A program made the position numbers and the translations under genes. The notes beneath the pieces were generated by a model. It searched no databases. It was not told the origin of the DNA and saw nothing but the letters and a program-made list of their open reading frames with translations. This document shows positions 52,336-62,933 of a stretch of DNA of 64,000 bases, piece by piece. Origin of the DNA: Sulfurimonas sp. (GTDB lineage Bacteria > Campylobacterota > Campylobacteria > Campylobacterales > Sulfurimonadaceae); the NCBI GenBank assembly GCA_028044295.1, contig JAOFSE010000011.1, forward strand, positions 890 to 64,889, in the 5' to 3' direction. Numbering within the stretch: the stretch's first letter is position 1; every line of letters starts with the position of its first letter.

Positions 52336-52337
52336 GA

Positions 52338-53399
52338 CTATTTAGGGTTTCTCAGTATTACAGCAAAATCAAGTTTTGGGTTTTGGTAAGCTTTTTCTAT
52401 ACCATCTATAGAACTCACAATTGTCTCTTCTACTGAATGGTCCTGTGTAATATCTGTTATACCAATTGATATTTTAAGCTGTATTTCACGGTCTGCAAGA
52501 AAAAAATTAGAGTTAGAAACGAGTTCAGATAAACGTTCACTTGCCTTTTTTGCACTATCAATATCTGTATGCTTAAGAAGCATAGCAAAAACACCATCTC
52601 CATAATGAGCTACAGTATCACTACGTCTTGAAGTTTTTAAAAGAAGTCTAGCTATTGTCTTAGTCATAAGCATAATAGCCTTGTCATTTTTCACACTTGC
52701 TTTTAGTTCACGAGATAGCTCTATCATTATTAAAGAACTTTTATGTTTGAACTTTTCTATTAGTCCTATCTCTTGCTCTACTTTAGTGATAAGATTTCTT
52801 TTATTATATACTCCAAACTGATTATCAAAAATTGTCTCATTTTCAACATTTTTAATAATACTAGCAGTTTCATCATACATACCCTTAAGGCTAGTACTCT
52901 GTTTTTTAAGGATAGTATTTAATTTAGCTATGTCACCTTCTAGAGCATCTGCAACATTGCTAGCAGTTAATTCATCATCACTAGCTCTTAGCTCATCTTT
53001 TCTTTTTTCTAGAATTTTTGTCATTAAAGACATATTTTTGTATAAATTAGCAGTTATCCCAAGGATATTTTTGATTGATGAAAATCCATTTTTTAAACTC
53101 TGCTCAAGTCTTATGCTACTTTCATCTTCATTACTCTCTTCAAGTTCCATAATAGAAATTATTTCACTACGAGTATTTTGACTTTTGTCTTCAAGAAGTC
53201 TATCAAAGTATAAAGAAAAATTATTTGGAGTTGGTGGTAGGCCATCTCTTATAAGAGAATTAAGAACCTCTTTTGAGTATGTTTCAAGATCGCCTTCTGG
53301 TTCTGTTGATGATGGTGCACTAGGACTTGATAGCACCTCGTCAGAAGACTGAACATTTTTAATATTGCGACGCGATCTACTCTTTAATGCACCTGCCAT
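52338..53399 (-). CDS. degenerate GGDEF-domain protein
   Basis: helical N-terminus; DNQFGVYNKR, RRSD I-site, HYGDGVF in place of GGDEF, ISIGI. Confidence 0.8.
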   Translation of the reverse strand: MAGALKSRSRRNIKNVQSSDEVLSSPSAPSSTEPEGDLETYSKEVLNSLIRDGLPPTPNNFSLYFDRLLEDKSQNTRSEIISIMELEESNEDESSIRLEQSLKNGFSSIKNILGITANLYKNMSLMTKILEKRKDELRASDDELTASNVADALEGDIAKLNTILKKQSTSLKGMYDETASIIKNVENETIFDNQFGVYNKRNLITKVEQEIGLIEKFKHKSSLIMIELSRELKASVKNDKAIMLMTKTIARLLLKTSRRSDTVAHYGDGVFAMLLKHTDIDSAKKASERLSELVSNSNFFLADREIQLKISIGITDITQDHSVEETIVSSIDGIEKAYQNPKLDFAVILRNPK

Positions 53400-53413
53400 A
53401 TCAACCCTTTATA

Positions 53414-54007
53414 TTATTTTTCTTTGTCTTTTTTAACTAATACTTCGTCAATCATACCATATTTTACAGATTCTTGTGCACTCATAAAGTTATCTCTATC
53501 AGTATCTTTCTCTATAGTTTTAACACTTTGGCCTGTATTTGAAGCTAAAATAGAATTTAGTTCTTTCTTCATACGAAGTATCTCTTCAGCTTGAATAGCA
53601 ATATCTGTTGCTTGACCTTGAGCACCACCTAAAGGTTGGTGAATCATAATTCTAGCATGAGGAAGAGCGTATCTCTTACCCTTTTCACCAGATGAAAGTA
53701 AAAATGCTCCCATACTAGCAGCTTGACCTATACAGATAGTTGTTATATCTGGACGGATATAATTCATAGTATCGAAAATTGCCATACCTGCTGTTACTAC
53801 TCCACCAGGAGAGTTGATGTAGAAGTAAATATCTTTTTCAGGATCTTCTGCTTCTAAAAAAAGCATTTGAGCTACGATTGAAGAGGCAACAGCATCATTT
53901 ACTTCACCACTCAACATAATAATTCTGTCTTTTAAAAGACGAGAATATATGTCGTAAGATCTTTCACCACGAGAAGTTTTTTCAACTACATAAGGAACAT
54001 AACTCAT
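53414..54007 (-). CDS. clpP: ATP-dependent Clp protease proteolytic subunit
   Basis: [30 protein letters not shown]. Confidence 0.99.
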   Translation of the reverse strand: MSYVPYVVEKTSRGERSYDIYSRLLKDRIIMLSGEVNDAVASSIVAQMLFLEAEDPEKDIYFYINSPGGVVTAGMAIFDTMNYIRPDITTICIGQAASMGAFLLSSGEKGKRYALPHARIMIHQPLGGAQGQATDIAIQAEEILRMKKELNSILASNTGQSVKTIEKDTDRDNFMSAQESVKYGMIDEVLVKKDKEK

Positions 54008-54011
54008 CCGA

Positions 54012-55313
54012 TTATGCTTCTTTCATCTTTGAGTTAAGAATTTGAGTAAGAACTTTATCCTCAACCATAGACATTTGGATAGCAGGTAAATAACCAGCTT
54101 CTTTATACTTGTCGTATGCTTCTTTAGGATCTTGACCTGTTCTCATCGCTTCATAGTATATAGTTTGCATTACTTCATTCTCTTCAACTTTTACATCTTC
54201 AGCAGCTGCTAAAGAGTCAATGATAAATGTAGCTCTTACACTTTTTTGTGCTTCATCTCTAAATGTGTTACGAAGTTCTTCAAGCTTGTCAGCATTTTCA
54301 CGAAGTTCTTTAATCTCATCTTCACTCATTGATCCAGCTTTTTTGTTTAGCGCAACATCTATCTCTTGTTCAACAACAAACTCTGGAAGATCAAACTTAA
54401 GTCCATTTACTAACTTATCTAAAAATGCAGGTTTCATATCATCATTGTAAAGTGTAGCAATCGCTTCAGCTTCTAGCTGAGATTTAACTTGTTCAGTTAG
54501 GTTTTCTAAAGTTGGATTGTCTTGACCAGCAAGAACTTTCTCAGCTAAAGCGTCATCAACCTCAACTTTTGCTTTTTCTTGAATGTTATGAACATTTACT
54601 TTAAACTCTGCATCTTTACCAGCTAGTTTATCTCCACCATAGTTTTCAGGAAATGTTACTTTTACAACTTTTTCTTCACCGATTTTCATACCGATAACTT
54701 GATCTTCAAAACCTGGAATAAATTGACCAGAACCAAGAACAAGAGCAAACTCTTTAGCCGCACCACCCTCAAATAGTTCACCATCTATAGAACCTTCAAA
54801 GTCAAGAATCACGCTATCGTCTTTTCTTGCCATTCTTTTTCTCTTAAGGTCAACAAACTTACCTTGTGAGCTAGCTAGTTCTTCTAGTTTCGCTTGAACT
54901 TCTTTATCAGCTATAGCTGGTTTATCAAAAGCATCAACCATATCAGCATATTTACCAAGCTCAATCTCTGGTCTAAGTGCAACTTTTACTGTTACAGCTA
55001 TATTGTCATCATTTTTATCAAACTGAGATATATTTGGCTCACCGATTAATGATTCCATTGCTATCTTAAGTTCATCAAGACCTTGGTTTAGAACTTCACG
55101 AAGAGCTTCTGCTTCTGCATCTTGAACTAGTTTGTCACCATATTGCTTTTTAACTACCGCTACAGGAACCTTACCTTTACGAAAACCTTGAACAGTTGCT
55201 GTTTTAGCTAATTCTTTAGCTACTTTTTCTAATTTTGCGTCTACTACTTCTTTTGGGATTACCGCTTCTATTTCAGCATTTGCACCGTCAATTTTATTCG
55301 TTTTGATTTTCAT
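54012..55313 (-). CDS. tig: trigger factor
   Basis: [12 protein letters not shown] domain [10 protein letters not shown]. Confidence 0.98.
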   Translation of the reverse strand: MKIKTNKIDGANAEIEAVIPKEVVDAKLEKVAKELAKTATVQGFRKGKVPVAVVKKQYGDKLVQDAEAEALREVLNQGLDELKIAMESLIGEPNISQFDKNDDNIAVTVKVALRPEIELGKYADMVDAFDKPAIADKEVQAKLEELASSQGKFVDLKRKRMARKDDSVILDFEGSIDGELFEGGAAKEFALVLGSGQFIPGFEDQVIGMKIGEEKVVKVTFPENYGGDKLAGKDAEFKVNVHNIQEKAKVEVDDALAEKVLAGQDNPTLENLTEQVKSQLEAEAIATLYNDDMKPAFLDKLVNGLKFDLPEFVVEQEIDVALNKKAGSMSEDEIKELRENADKLEELRNTFRDEAQKSVRATFIIDSLAAAEDVKVEENEVMQTIYYEAMRTGQDPKEAYDKYKEAGYLPAIQMSMVEDKVLTQILNSKMKEA

Positions 55314-55404
55314 CAATTTCCTTTTATTTATGTTTATAATTCATAGTTTTATAACTATTATTTTAGGTAATAATACCAAAAAACTGCTTTTATCTATCTT
55401 TAGC

Positions 55405-55860
55405 TTAAGTTTTACACAGTTTTGGTTTAAAATTTAGTATCAATATCCAGACCACTGCAACATCAATCATTACATCTGCAAAGTTAAAAACAGCAAAGTC
55501 AAATCCACAATGCCAGTAGACCATATCTACAACACCTCCGTGAATAAATCTATCATATACATTTGATAATGCACCACCTAACATTAGTCCTGCGGGGAAA
55601 GCATAACAAACTTCTTTAAGATAAATTATATAGGCTAACACTCCACCAATAAGAACTACCTGTATATACTTTAGCCACTCTTCTAAAAATGCAAACATAG
55701 AAAATGCTACACCTCTGTTATAGACTAAAATCAGGTCAATACAGTCTGTATAATATCTCCAGCCATCTACAAAAAGTGTTTTTATATTTTGATCAATAAT
55801 AAAAACACCCACTAGAGTAAAAGAGAGTATTGTTAAAAGACGAATAAGTTTATTAGGCAT
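55405..55860 (-). CDS. lspA: lipoprotein signal peptidase
   Basis: [28 protein letters not shown]. Confidence 0.96.
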   Translation of the reverse strand: MPNKLIRLLTILSFTLVGVFIIDQNIKTLFVDGWRYYTDCIDLILVYNRGVAFSMFAFLEEWLKYIQVVLIGGVLAYIIYLKEVCYAFPAGLMLGGALSNVYDRFIHGGVVDMVYWHCGFDFAVFNFADVMIDVAVVWILILNFKPKLCKT

Positions 55861-57193
55861 TTAAATCTTTTTGGAAAAACTCTACCATATCTTCTACATG
55901 TAGATTCATCTCTTTTTCATCTTTACACTCTAGTAGTACTCTAAGTTTATTCTCTGTTCCAGAGTAACGAATCAGATGACGTATACCTTTATCGTCTAAA
56001 TTTTTCAGCTTGCTATCAAGACCAGGTATATTTTCTAGAGGTTTTTTATTTTTAATATTTATATTTACTAATTTTTGTGGATAAAGCTTAAAAGGACGAA
56101 GAGCTTCTGAAGCTTTTTTATCTTGTCTTATAAGTAATGCTAAAGTCTGTAGTGCAGACACAAGTCCATCACCAGTTTTAGCAAAGTCACTTACTATAAC
56201 ATGACCACTTTGCTCACCACCAAAGTTAATACCCTCATTTTTCATAATCTCTAAAACATTTTTATCCCCAACGTCCGAACGAAGTAGTTTTATACCTTTT
56301 GATGCCATATAGTCATCTAGTCCTTGATTACTCATAACTGTAGCTACAATAGCTCCACCTTGGAGTTTGCCTTCATCATTCATATGAGCACCAAGAGCTC
56401 CAATTAATTGATCACCATCAACTACTTCACCCTTTTCATCAACAACAACCAGTCTATCAGCATCACCATCAAGTGCTATTCCTAAATCTGCTCTATATTT
56501 TATTACACTATCGCGTAAGTCTTTAGTATGAAGAGCTCCACAATTTTCATTTATATTGAATCCATCTGGTTTATCATGTAGCACAACTACTTCAGCACCA
56601 AGCTCTTCTAAAACAGTTGGGCCTACTATATATCCTGCACCATTAGCGGTATCTAACACTATACGCATACCCTGAAGTGATAAGTCTCTCGGAAATGAAT
56701 TTTTTAGTTGAACTATATATCTACCAATTACGTCATCAATTCTTTTTGCCTGACCAATATTTTTTGCACGAGTCTGTGCTTCTATCAACTTGTTTTCATC
56801 TTTAATGATTGCTTCTATCTCTTCTTCAACACTATGAGATAGCTTATTACCACATCCATCAAAAAATTTAATTCCATTGTCTTCAAAAGAATTATGTGAT
56901 GCACTAATCATAATTCCAGCATCACAACGCATATTTTCAGTGATATATGCAATAGCGGGAGTTGGCATTGGACCAATTTCAACTACATCATAACCAATAG
57001 CAGTTAAACCACTTACAATTGCATTTTCAATCATATACCCACTTCTACGAGTATCTTTACCTATCAAAATTTTATTTGTTTTTGAGTGAGCTTTAAAGTA
57101 GATTCCAGCTGCCATAGCAACTTTCATAGCTAAACCAGCTGTTAAAAATGTTCCAGCTTCACCTCTTACACCATCAGTACCAAATAGTTTCAT
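55853..57193 (-). CDS. glmM: phosphoglucosamine mutase
   Basis: [33 protein letters not shown]. Confidence 0.98.
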   Translation of the reverse strand: MKLFGTDGVRGEAGTFLTAGLAMKVAMAAGIYFKAHSKTNKILIGKDTRRSGYMIENAIVSGLTAIGYDVVEIGPMPTPAIAYITENMRCDAGIMISASHNSFEDNGIKFFDGCGNKLSHSVEEEIEAIIKDENKLIEAQTRAKNIGQAKRIDDVIGRYIVQLKNSFPRDLSLQGMRIVLDTANGAGYIVGPTVLEELGAEVVVLHDKPDGFNINENCGALHTKDLRDSVIKYRADLGIALDGDADRLVVVDEKGEVVDGDQLIGALGAHMNDEGKLQGGAIVATVMSNQGLDDYMASKGIKLLRSDVGDKNVLEIMKNEGINFGGEQSGHVIVSDFAKTGDGLVSALQTLALLIRQDKKASEALRPFKLYPQKLVNINIKNKKPLENIPGLDSKLKNLDDKGIRHLIRYSGTENKLRVLLECKDEKEMNLHVEDMVEFFQKDLNA

Positions 57194-57311
57194 AAATACA
57201 TCCAAATTTTAATTATGAAACATTTTATCATAATTCGTTGGCTCTTTAACTTAAGTTTAATTATATTTAAGCTAATATTCTGCACTAAATTTTTATGAGA
57301 AGGACTCATAC

Positions 57312-57572
57312 ATGGCAAATCACAAGTCATCTATAAAGAGAATTCGTCAAACGATCGTTAAAACAGAACGTAATCGTTTTTACAGAACTCGTCTTAAAAA
57401 CATCGTTAAGGATGTTCGTTCTGCAATCGATGCAGGGAACAAAGAAGAAGCTACATCAGCAATGACAGTAGCTAACAAACAAATTCAAAAATTTGTAAGC
57501 AAAGGTGTTCTTAAAAAAGAGACTGCTGCTAGAAAAATCAGCCGTTTACACAAAGCTGTAAACGCTATATAA
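57312..57572 (+). CDS. rpsT: 30S ribosomal protein S20
   Basis: [13 protein letters not shown]...AARKISRL. Confidence 0.99.
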   Translation: MANHKSSIKRIRQTIVKTERNRFYRTRLKNIVKDVRSAIDAGNKEEATSAMTVANKQIQKFVSKGVLKKETAARKISRLHKAVNAI

Positions 57573-57596
57573 GCGTATTTATTTTAAAGAATAAAT

Positions 57597-58664
57597 ATGC
57601 TTTCTGATAAACTAAACCCGTTTATCAACCGCTATAACGAACTTAGCGAATTGCTAAGTTCACCTGACATTACTTCTGACATTAAAAGAATGACAGAACT
57701 CTCAAAAGAACAATCTTCACTTTTAGCAATCGTTGAAAAAGCAAAAGAGTACCAATCTCTTATAGCTGAAATCGCTGACTCAAAAGAGATGCTTGGCGAT
57801 TCTGAAATGGGTGATATGGCTAAAGAAGAACTCAAAGAGCTTGAACCGCAAGTGCCAATCATGGAAGAAGATATTAAAATGCTTCTTCTGCCGAAAGATC
57901 CAAATGATGATAGAAATATTATTGTAGAACTTCGTGCTGGTGCTGGTGGTGATGAAGCGGCTATCTTTGTTGGTGACCTTTTTGATGCCTATACTCGTTA
58001 CGCGGAAGTTCGTGGTTGGAAAATTGAGCTTATAAGCACATCTCCTTCAGAATCTGGTGGATTTAAAGAGGTTACTGCACTTATAAAAGGTGAACAGGTT
58101 TATAGTAGGTTGAAATATGAAGGTGGAACTCACCGTGTTCAAAGAGTTCCTGCAACAGAGTCACAAGGGCGTGTTCATACATCTGCAATAACAGTAGCTG
58201 TAATGCCCGAAGTTGATGATGTAGAAATTGAGATAAATGAAAATGATCTTAAGATAGATGTTATGCGTTCATCTGGTTGTGGTGGGCAGTCTGTAAATAC
58301 TACAGATTCTGCCGTTCGTATTACTCACTTACCGACAGGTTTAGTGGTAACAAACCAAGACCAAAAATCTCAGCATAAAAACCGTGAAAAAGCTATGAAA
58401 GTTCTTAAGGCTAGACTTTTTGACTTAGAGATGCAAGCTCAACAGTCTGAAAATGCAGCAGAGAGAGCCGCTCAAGTTGGGACTGGTGATAGAAGTGGTC
58501 GTATTCGTACTTACAACTATCCTCAAAACCGTATGAGTGACCATAGAATCAATCTTACACTGTATAGACTTAATGAGATTATGAGTGGGGGACTTTTAGA
58601 TGAAGTTGTTGACCCGCTTATAACAGACCATCAAGCAAAAATAGTTGAGGCAGCTGGACTTTAG
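57597..58664 (+). CDS. prfA: peptide chain release factor 1
   Basis: GAGGDEA, VPATE, GGQSVN, RTYNYPQ. Confidence 0.98.
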   Translation: MLSDKLNPFINRYNELSELLSSPDITSDIKRMTELSKEQSSLLAIVEKAKEYQSLIAEIADSKEMLGDSEMGDMAKEELKELEPQVPIMEEDIKMLLLPKDPNDDRNIIVELRAGAGGDEAAIFVGDLFDAYTRYAEVRGWKIELISTSPSESGGFKEVTALIKGEQVYSRLKYEGGTHRVQRVPATESQGRVHTSAITVAVMPEVDDVEIEINENDLKIDVMRSSGCGGQSVNTTDSAVRITHLPTGLVVTNQDQKSQHKNREKAMKVLKARLFDLEMQAQQSENAAERAAQVGTGDRSGRIRTYNYPQNRMSDHRINLTLYRLNEIMSGGLLDEVVDPLITDHQAKIVEAAGL

Positions 58665-58669
58665 TCCAG
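58654..58669. terminator. short hairpin at the prfA stop, facing a convergent gene
   Basis: CTGGAC-TTTA-GTCCAG. Confidence 0.3.
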
Positions 58670-58710
58670 TATCCTTAAAACACTACAATACTAATAAACA
58701 CTTAACTATA

Positions 58711-59127
58711 TTACTTATGTAAACTAAATGGTTTAGCATCTTTTGCAATACAAGCACCTCCTATTAGACATCCACTAGCATCACAAACTGCAACATTTTG
58801 ACTATACGTTGCAAGATTACCATCTGGATGTACCAATAACAATCCTACACTCGAAGGAGACTCAGTATATTTAAGCCCTACTACATAATCTGGTACTTCA
58901 GGCATGCTCTGACGTAATATCTCCATATCTTCAGCACCTAGAACTGTTCCTTTATTGATGACTACTAATCCTCCATATCCTCGACAATTAATATTATAAT
59001 TTGCATGCATTGTTAACTGATAATTTTTTTGCTCATCTTTACTTAAGCCAATAACTGGTGTGGGTTCTATACATCCAGTAAACATTAATGCTACAACTAT
59101 AATCACTTTATATAAATTATTTTTCAT
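58711..59127 (-). CDS. hypothetical Cys-containing lipoprotein
   Basis: lipobox FTGC; four further Cys. Confidence 0.7.
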   Translation of the reverse strand: MKNNLYKVIIVVALMFTGCIEPTPVIGLSKDEQKNYQLTMHANYNINCRGYGGLVVINKGTVLGAEDMEILRQSMPEVPDYVVGLKYTESPSSVGLLLVHPDGNLATYSQNVAVCDASGCLIGGACIAKDAKPFSLHK

Positions 59128-59203
59128 AACTTTTTCCAATATCAATTTTCTTTCAAATAAGTGTATTATAAACTATAATATATAAAATAGCTACTTAAAA
59201 ACT

Positions 59204-59944
59204 TTATTCCCAATTTGTACTAAAAGTATTTTTTACCTTACCTTTAAAAGTAATAGTTTTTTCATTCATTCCTAAGTATAGTGTTTCACCACTTGTTGGA
59301 TAAACTTCAATACTTCCATTAACTTTGCCCTCTGTCAAAGCTCTATAATAACAAGCTGCCATACCCGTTCCACAAGCTAATGTTTCAGCTTCAACACCGC
59401 GTTCATAAGTTCTTACATGTAGATTTTTACCATCTACAGATGTAATGTTTACATTTGCATTGTATTTATAACGAAGTTCGCGTAATTCTTCTATATCAAA
59501 CTCTTTGATATTATCTGTGATATGGACTAAATGAGGAACCCCAGTGTTGATAAGCCACCATGATTTTGAATTAAATTCTATACTTTTATCTATAATCTCA
59601 GGTGGAGTTAATTCACTCTGAACAATATCACCATCTACTTCGGCACTTATAACCCCAGCTTCAGTTAAAAAACTCATATTTTTTGGAGCCAAATCATACT
59701 TATATGCGTAATGAGCACAAGCTCTACTCCCATTTCCACACATTTCGGCCGTACTTCCATCAGAATTATAAAATTGCCACTCGAAATCATATTCATTATG
59801 GGGAATAACTACTATAAGACCATCGGCGCCAACCCCATTTTGTCTATGACATAAATCTTTGGCTAATTCTGACCTGTCTTCTTTAATATCAGAATGAAAA
59901 ATAACAAAATCATTACCGCTTGCACTGTATTTTTCTATTTTCAT
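59204..59944 (-). CDS. dapF: diaminopimelate epimerase
   Basis: SGNDF, GVGADG, EMCGNG, NTGVPH, RTYERGVE.ETLACGTG. Confidence 0.98.
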   Translation of the reverse strand: MKIEKYSASGNDFVIFHSDIKEDRSELAKDLCHRQNGVGADGLIVVIPHNEYDFEWQFYNSDGSTAEMCGNGSRACAHYAYKYDLAPKNMSFLTEAGVISAEVDGDIVQSELTPPEIIDKSIEFNSKSWWLINTGVPHLVHITDNIKEFDIEELRELRYKYNANVNITSVDGKNLHVRTYERGVEAETLACGTGMAACYYRALTEGKVNGSIEVYPTSGETLYLGMNEKTITFKGKVKNTFSTNWE

Positions 59945-60534
59945 AAGTATTTGGCCTTTATTTTCTCTACAAATTCTTCAACTTCAAGTTGTAGATGTTT
60001 TAAATTTTTAGAATTATCTATAACCCATGTAGCTTTACTCTTTTTCTCATCGATTGGCATTTGTGAATTAATTCTATTTATAGACTCTTCTTCATTGTAT
60101 CCGTTTCTATTCATAAATCTCTCCAACTGAATGTCAGCAGGAGTGTATACAACAACACTTTCTTCTATATCATAAGCGCCATTTTCAAAAAACAGAGGAA
60201 TATCTATAAGGTAGGGAAATTTAAATGTATCTTGCTTAATACTTCTTGCTTCTATTTCATCTCTAATCATAGGATGCAAAAAGTCTTCAAGTTTTTTCTT
60301 CGCAGTAGAATCTGAAAATACCAAGGTTCCGAGTTTAGTTCTGTCAACTTTAGAACCATTTACAAATTCATCACCAAATTCCTCTTTTACCCAAGTAAAA
60401 GAAGCATCTAGTATTTCATGAGAGATAGTATCTGCATCTATGACACGCATACCATTTAAAGAAAGAAGTGAAGCTACAGTACTTTTTCCCGTAGCAATTC
60501 CACCAGTTAGAGCGATAGCATACTCAAAAGCCAT
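59941..60534 (-). CDS. coaE: dephospho-CoA kinase
   Basis: LTGGIATGKS, IDAD, LHP, IPLFFE. Confidence 0.97.
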   Translation of the reverse strand: MAFEYAIALTGGIATGKSTVASLLSLNGMRVIDADTISHEILDASFTWVKEEFGDEFVNGSKVDRTKLGTLVFSDSTAKKKLEDFLHPMIRDEIEARSIKQDTFKFPYLIDIPLFFENGAYDIEESVVVYTPADIQLERFMNRNGYNEEESINRINSQMPIDEKKSKATWVIDNSKNLKHLQLEVEEFVEKIKAKYL

Positions 60535-61079
60535 TAGTTTTTAATGATGCCTAAGTACTCTTTTCTTATGTAGTTACCCATTGCAAAAGCAGCTGGATGA
60601 ACATCACAGTTATAGAAACTCAAACCATCAAGTAAATCAGTACGGTGTAGGTTAATATCAGCAGTTGGATGATACTCTTTTGAAGCTAAAATAGCAGTTG
60701 AACCATTACCTAAGTTGTATGGCATAATTACTTTAAAGTATTGACCTAGAATTTTCATTAACTTCTTATTTGATTCAGTATCATCTAAATCTTTATGAGT
60801 TGTAGAAAGTTGTCCGTCATCTTTAATGATACGGTTGATTTGTGAAGCAAGAACTGCATCTATTTCCATTTCAGATATGATTACATCGTATGCATCATCA
60901 CCTAAAGTACTAACCTCTTCAAGTTTACATGAAGCTACATGTAGAGAACTTTTACTATGTCTTTGTGCTTCACTCTTAAGTAAATCAGCGTTATCGCTTA
61001 TGATTAAGATGTCTTTAGCTGTTTTATTTGTACAAACTGGTACATGTACCATCATTTCTGCGTAGATAAAGTCTTTCAT
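60534..61079 (-). CDS. truncated spermidine-synthase-like (SpeE-fold) protein
   Basis: FIYAEMMVHVP, ASKEYHPTAD, FYNCDVH.AAF; lacks the N-terminal domain and GGGDG loop. Confidence 0.75.
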   Translation of the reverse strand: MKDFIYAEMMVHVPVCTNKTAKDILIISDNADLLKSEAQRHSKSSLHVASCKLEEVSTLGDDAYDVIISEMEIDAVLASQINRIIKDDGQLSTTHKDLDDTESNKKLMKILGQYFKVIMPYNLGNGSTAILASKEYHPTADINLHRTDLLDGLSFYNCDVHPAAFAMGNYIRKEYLGIIKN

Positions 61080-61265
61080 TCTTGTAAATTCCTTTTAAAT
61101 TTCGTCAATTGTCTTTTATAAAAGCGATTTTATCATATTTGGATTAAATAGGTTTAAAAACCTTAAACATTTCATAGATTTAAGTCCTAATTGATATTTA
61201 ATTATAATATTAACTTAATATTGATATAATTACATAAAATATAAGTCTATTTCATAGGATAAATC

Positions 61266-61445
61266 ATGAATTACAATAAAATAAAGTCTACATGTAGAGT
61301 TGTTAGAATAGCTGCAGGTTTAGCACTAATCACTACTGGTTTTATAACTGGTAATGCTTGGTTTTACTTGGGTTTAGCACCTTTAATAGCAGGTATAGTA
61401 AACTTTTGTCCATTATGTATTATCACAAAAAAGTGTACAGTATAA
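61266..61445 (+). CDS. DUF2892 / YgaP-like small membrane protein, 59 aa (not in the ORF track)
   Basis: AGGA SD; R..RIAAG...WFYLGLAPLIAGIVNFCPLC. Confidence 0.85.
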   Translation: MNYNKIKSTCRVVRIAAGLALITTGFITGNAWFYLGLAPLIAGIVNFCPLCIITKKCTV

Positions 61446-61519
61446 ATATAACAATTTCTTAAACAATATATCAGCCGAAGAATGCTAATCTAGTCCTAAA
61501 ATAATTCTAAGGATTTAAG

Positions 61520-62878
61520 ATGGCTATTTCAAGAAGAGAAGCCCTTACTCTATCTGGCGCGGCAGTAGTATCAACTGCGCTTAATGGATGTACTGGCTCA
61601 AGTGAACCTAAACCAAATAGTGACAACCCCTCAAGCTCTATTAACAACTATAAAGCACCACTGCATGATACAACAAAACCTAGAGTTGTAGTAGTTGGTG
61701 GTGGATGGTCAGGACTTTCAGTAGCAAAAAATACAAAAGCATTTGCTCCAGATGCTGATGTCATACTTGTTGAGCAAAGACATGAATTTAAATCATGTCC
61801 AGTTAGTAACTTATGGCTTGTTGATAAAGTAGATAGTGAATTTCTTACTCATGATTATCTTCAGGCAGCTAGACATTACAACTATACTTATTTTCATGCA
61901 ACAGCTATAGGTTTAGACAAAGAAAAACAAATACTCGATACAAGTAATGGCTACATAGAATATGATTACCTTGTCCTTGCTCCTGGAATAGACTATGATT
62001 ATTCACGTTGGACAGATGATATAGCTTTTGAAAATAGACTTAAACAAGAATACCCTGCAGCATTTATGCCAGGTTCAGAACACCTAACTTTAAAAAACAA
62101 GATCAAAAACTTTAAAGGTGGTAACTTTCTTATGACTGTACCATCAGGAAACTATAGATGCCTTCCTGCCCCATATGAAAGAGCATGCGTCATTGCTGAT
62201 TACTTTAAACAAAACAACATAAAAGGTAAAGTACTTTTACTAGATGAAAACAATTCAATCACCATTAAAGAAAAAGGTTTTCAAAGTGCTTTTGATGAGC
62301 TTTATAAAGATTACCTAGAGTATATACCTGGTGCACCAATAAACGAAATAGATTTAGATAACAAAATAGTTTATACTGAATTTGATGAATATGAATTTGC
62401 TGATGCATCTTTTTACCCGCACGTTAGAGGTGGGAAAATTTTAGAAAAATTTGGATTGGCTAAGGATGCAAAAAATAAATTAGAAGCACATATAAATCAA
62501 CTTACATATGAAGCTATTGGTGCTAAAAATATTTTCATATCTGGAGATACTCGTCCTATGGGATTTTCAAAATCTGGTAACACTTCCAATACAGAAGGGC
62601 AATATGTTGCAAGAATTATTGCTAGTAAAATAAATAACACAAAACCAATAGCATGGGAGCCAGCTACAACTGCATGTTTTTCAGCTGTATCAATTCAACC
62701 AGAAAAAGCAATATATATTTATACACAATACTCTTATGATAAAGAAACTAAGACTTTTAATTTTGCAGATACAACGGCGGATGAGAATTGGAAGACAAAT
62801 GGTCCGACAAATGCCGACTCCAACTATAGTTGGGCAACCTCATTATACTTCGATATGTTTGGTTCTAAAGACTCCTAA
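61520..62878 (+). CDS. flavocytochrome c sulfide dehydrogenase flavoprotein (FccB/SoxF-like), Tat lipoprotein
   Basis: SRREAL...LNGC; VVVGGGWSG; SCPVSN; YRCLPAPYERA; GFSKSG; TACFS. Confidence 0.8.
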   Translation: MAISRREALTLSGAAVVSTALNGCTGSSEPKPNSDNPSSSINNYKAPLHDTTKPRVVVVGGGWSGLSVAKNTKAFAPDADVILVEQRHEFKSCPVSNLWLVDKVDSEFLTHDYLQAARHYNYTYFHATAIGLDKEKQILDTSNGYIEYDYLVLAPGIDYDYSRWTDDIAFENRLKQEYPAAFMPGSEHLTLKNKIKNFKGGNFLMTVPSGNYRCLPAPYERACVIADYFKQNNIKGKVLLLDENNSITIKEKGFQSAFDELYKDYLEYIPGAPINEIDLDNKIVYTEFDEYEFADASFYPHVRGGKILEKFGLAKDAKNKLEAHINQLTYEAIGAKNIFISGDTRPMGFSKSGNTSNTEGQYVARIIASKINNTKPIAWEPATTACFSAVSIQPEKAIYIYTQYSYDKETKTFNFADTTADENWKTNGPTNADSNYSWATSLYFDMFGSKDS

Positions 62879-62889
62879 ACTTGATTTAT

Positions 62890-62928
62890 GCTCCAATAAG
62901 GTATAATCCCATACTTTAATATTGGAGC
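62890..62928 (+). promoter_or_regulatory. purM upstream element: TATAAT inside a long hairpin whose 3' arm contains the SD
   Basis: GCTCCAATA (62890-62898) / TATTGGAGC (62920-62928); GGTATAAT 62900-62907. Confidence 0.5.
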
Positions 62929-62933
62929 CATGA

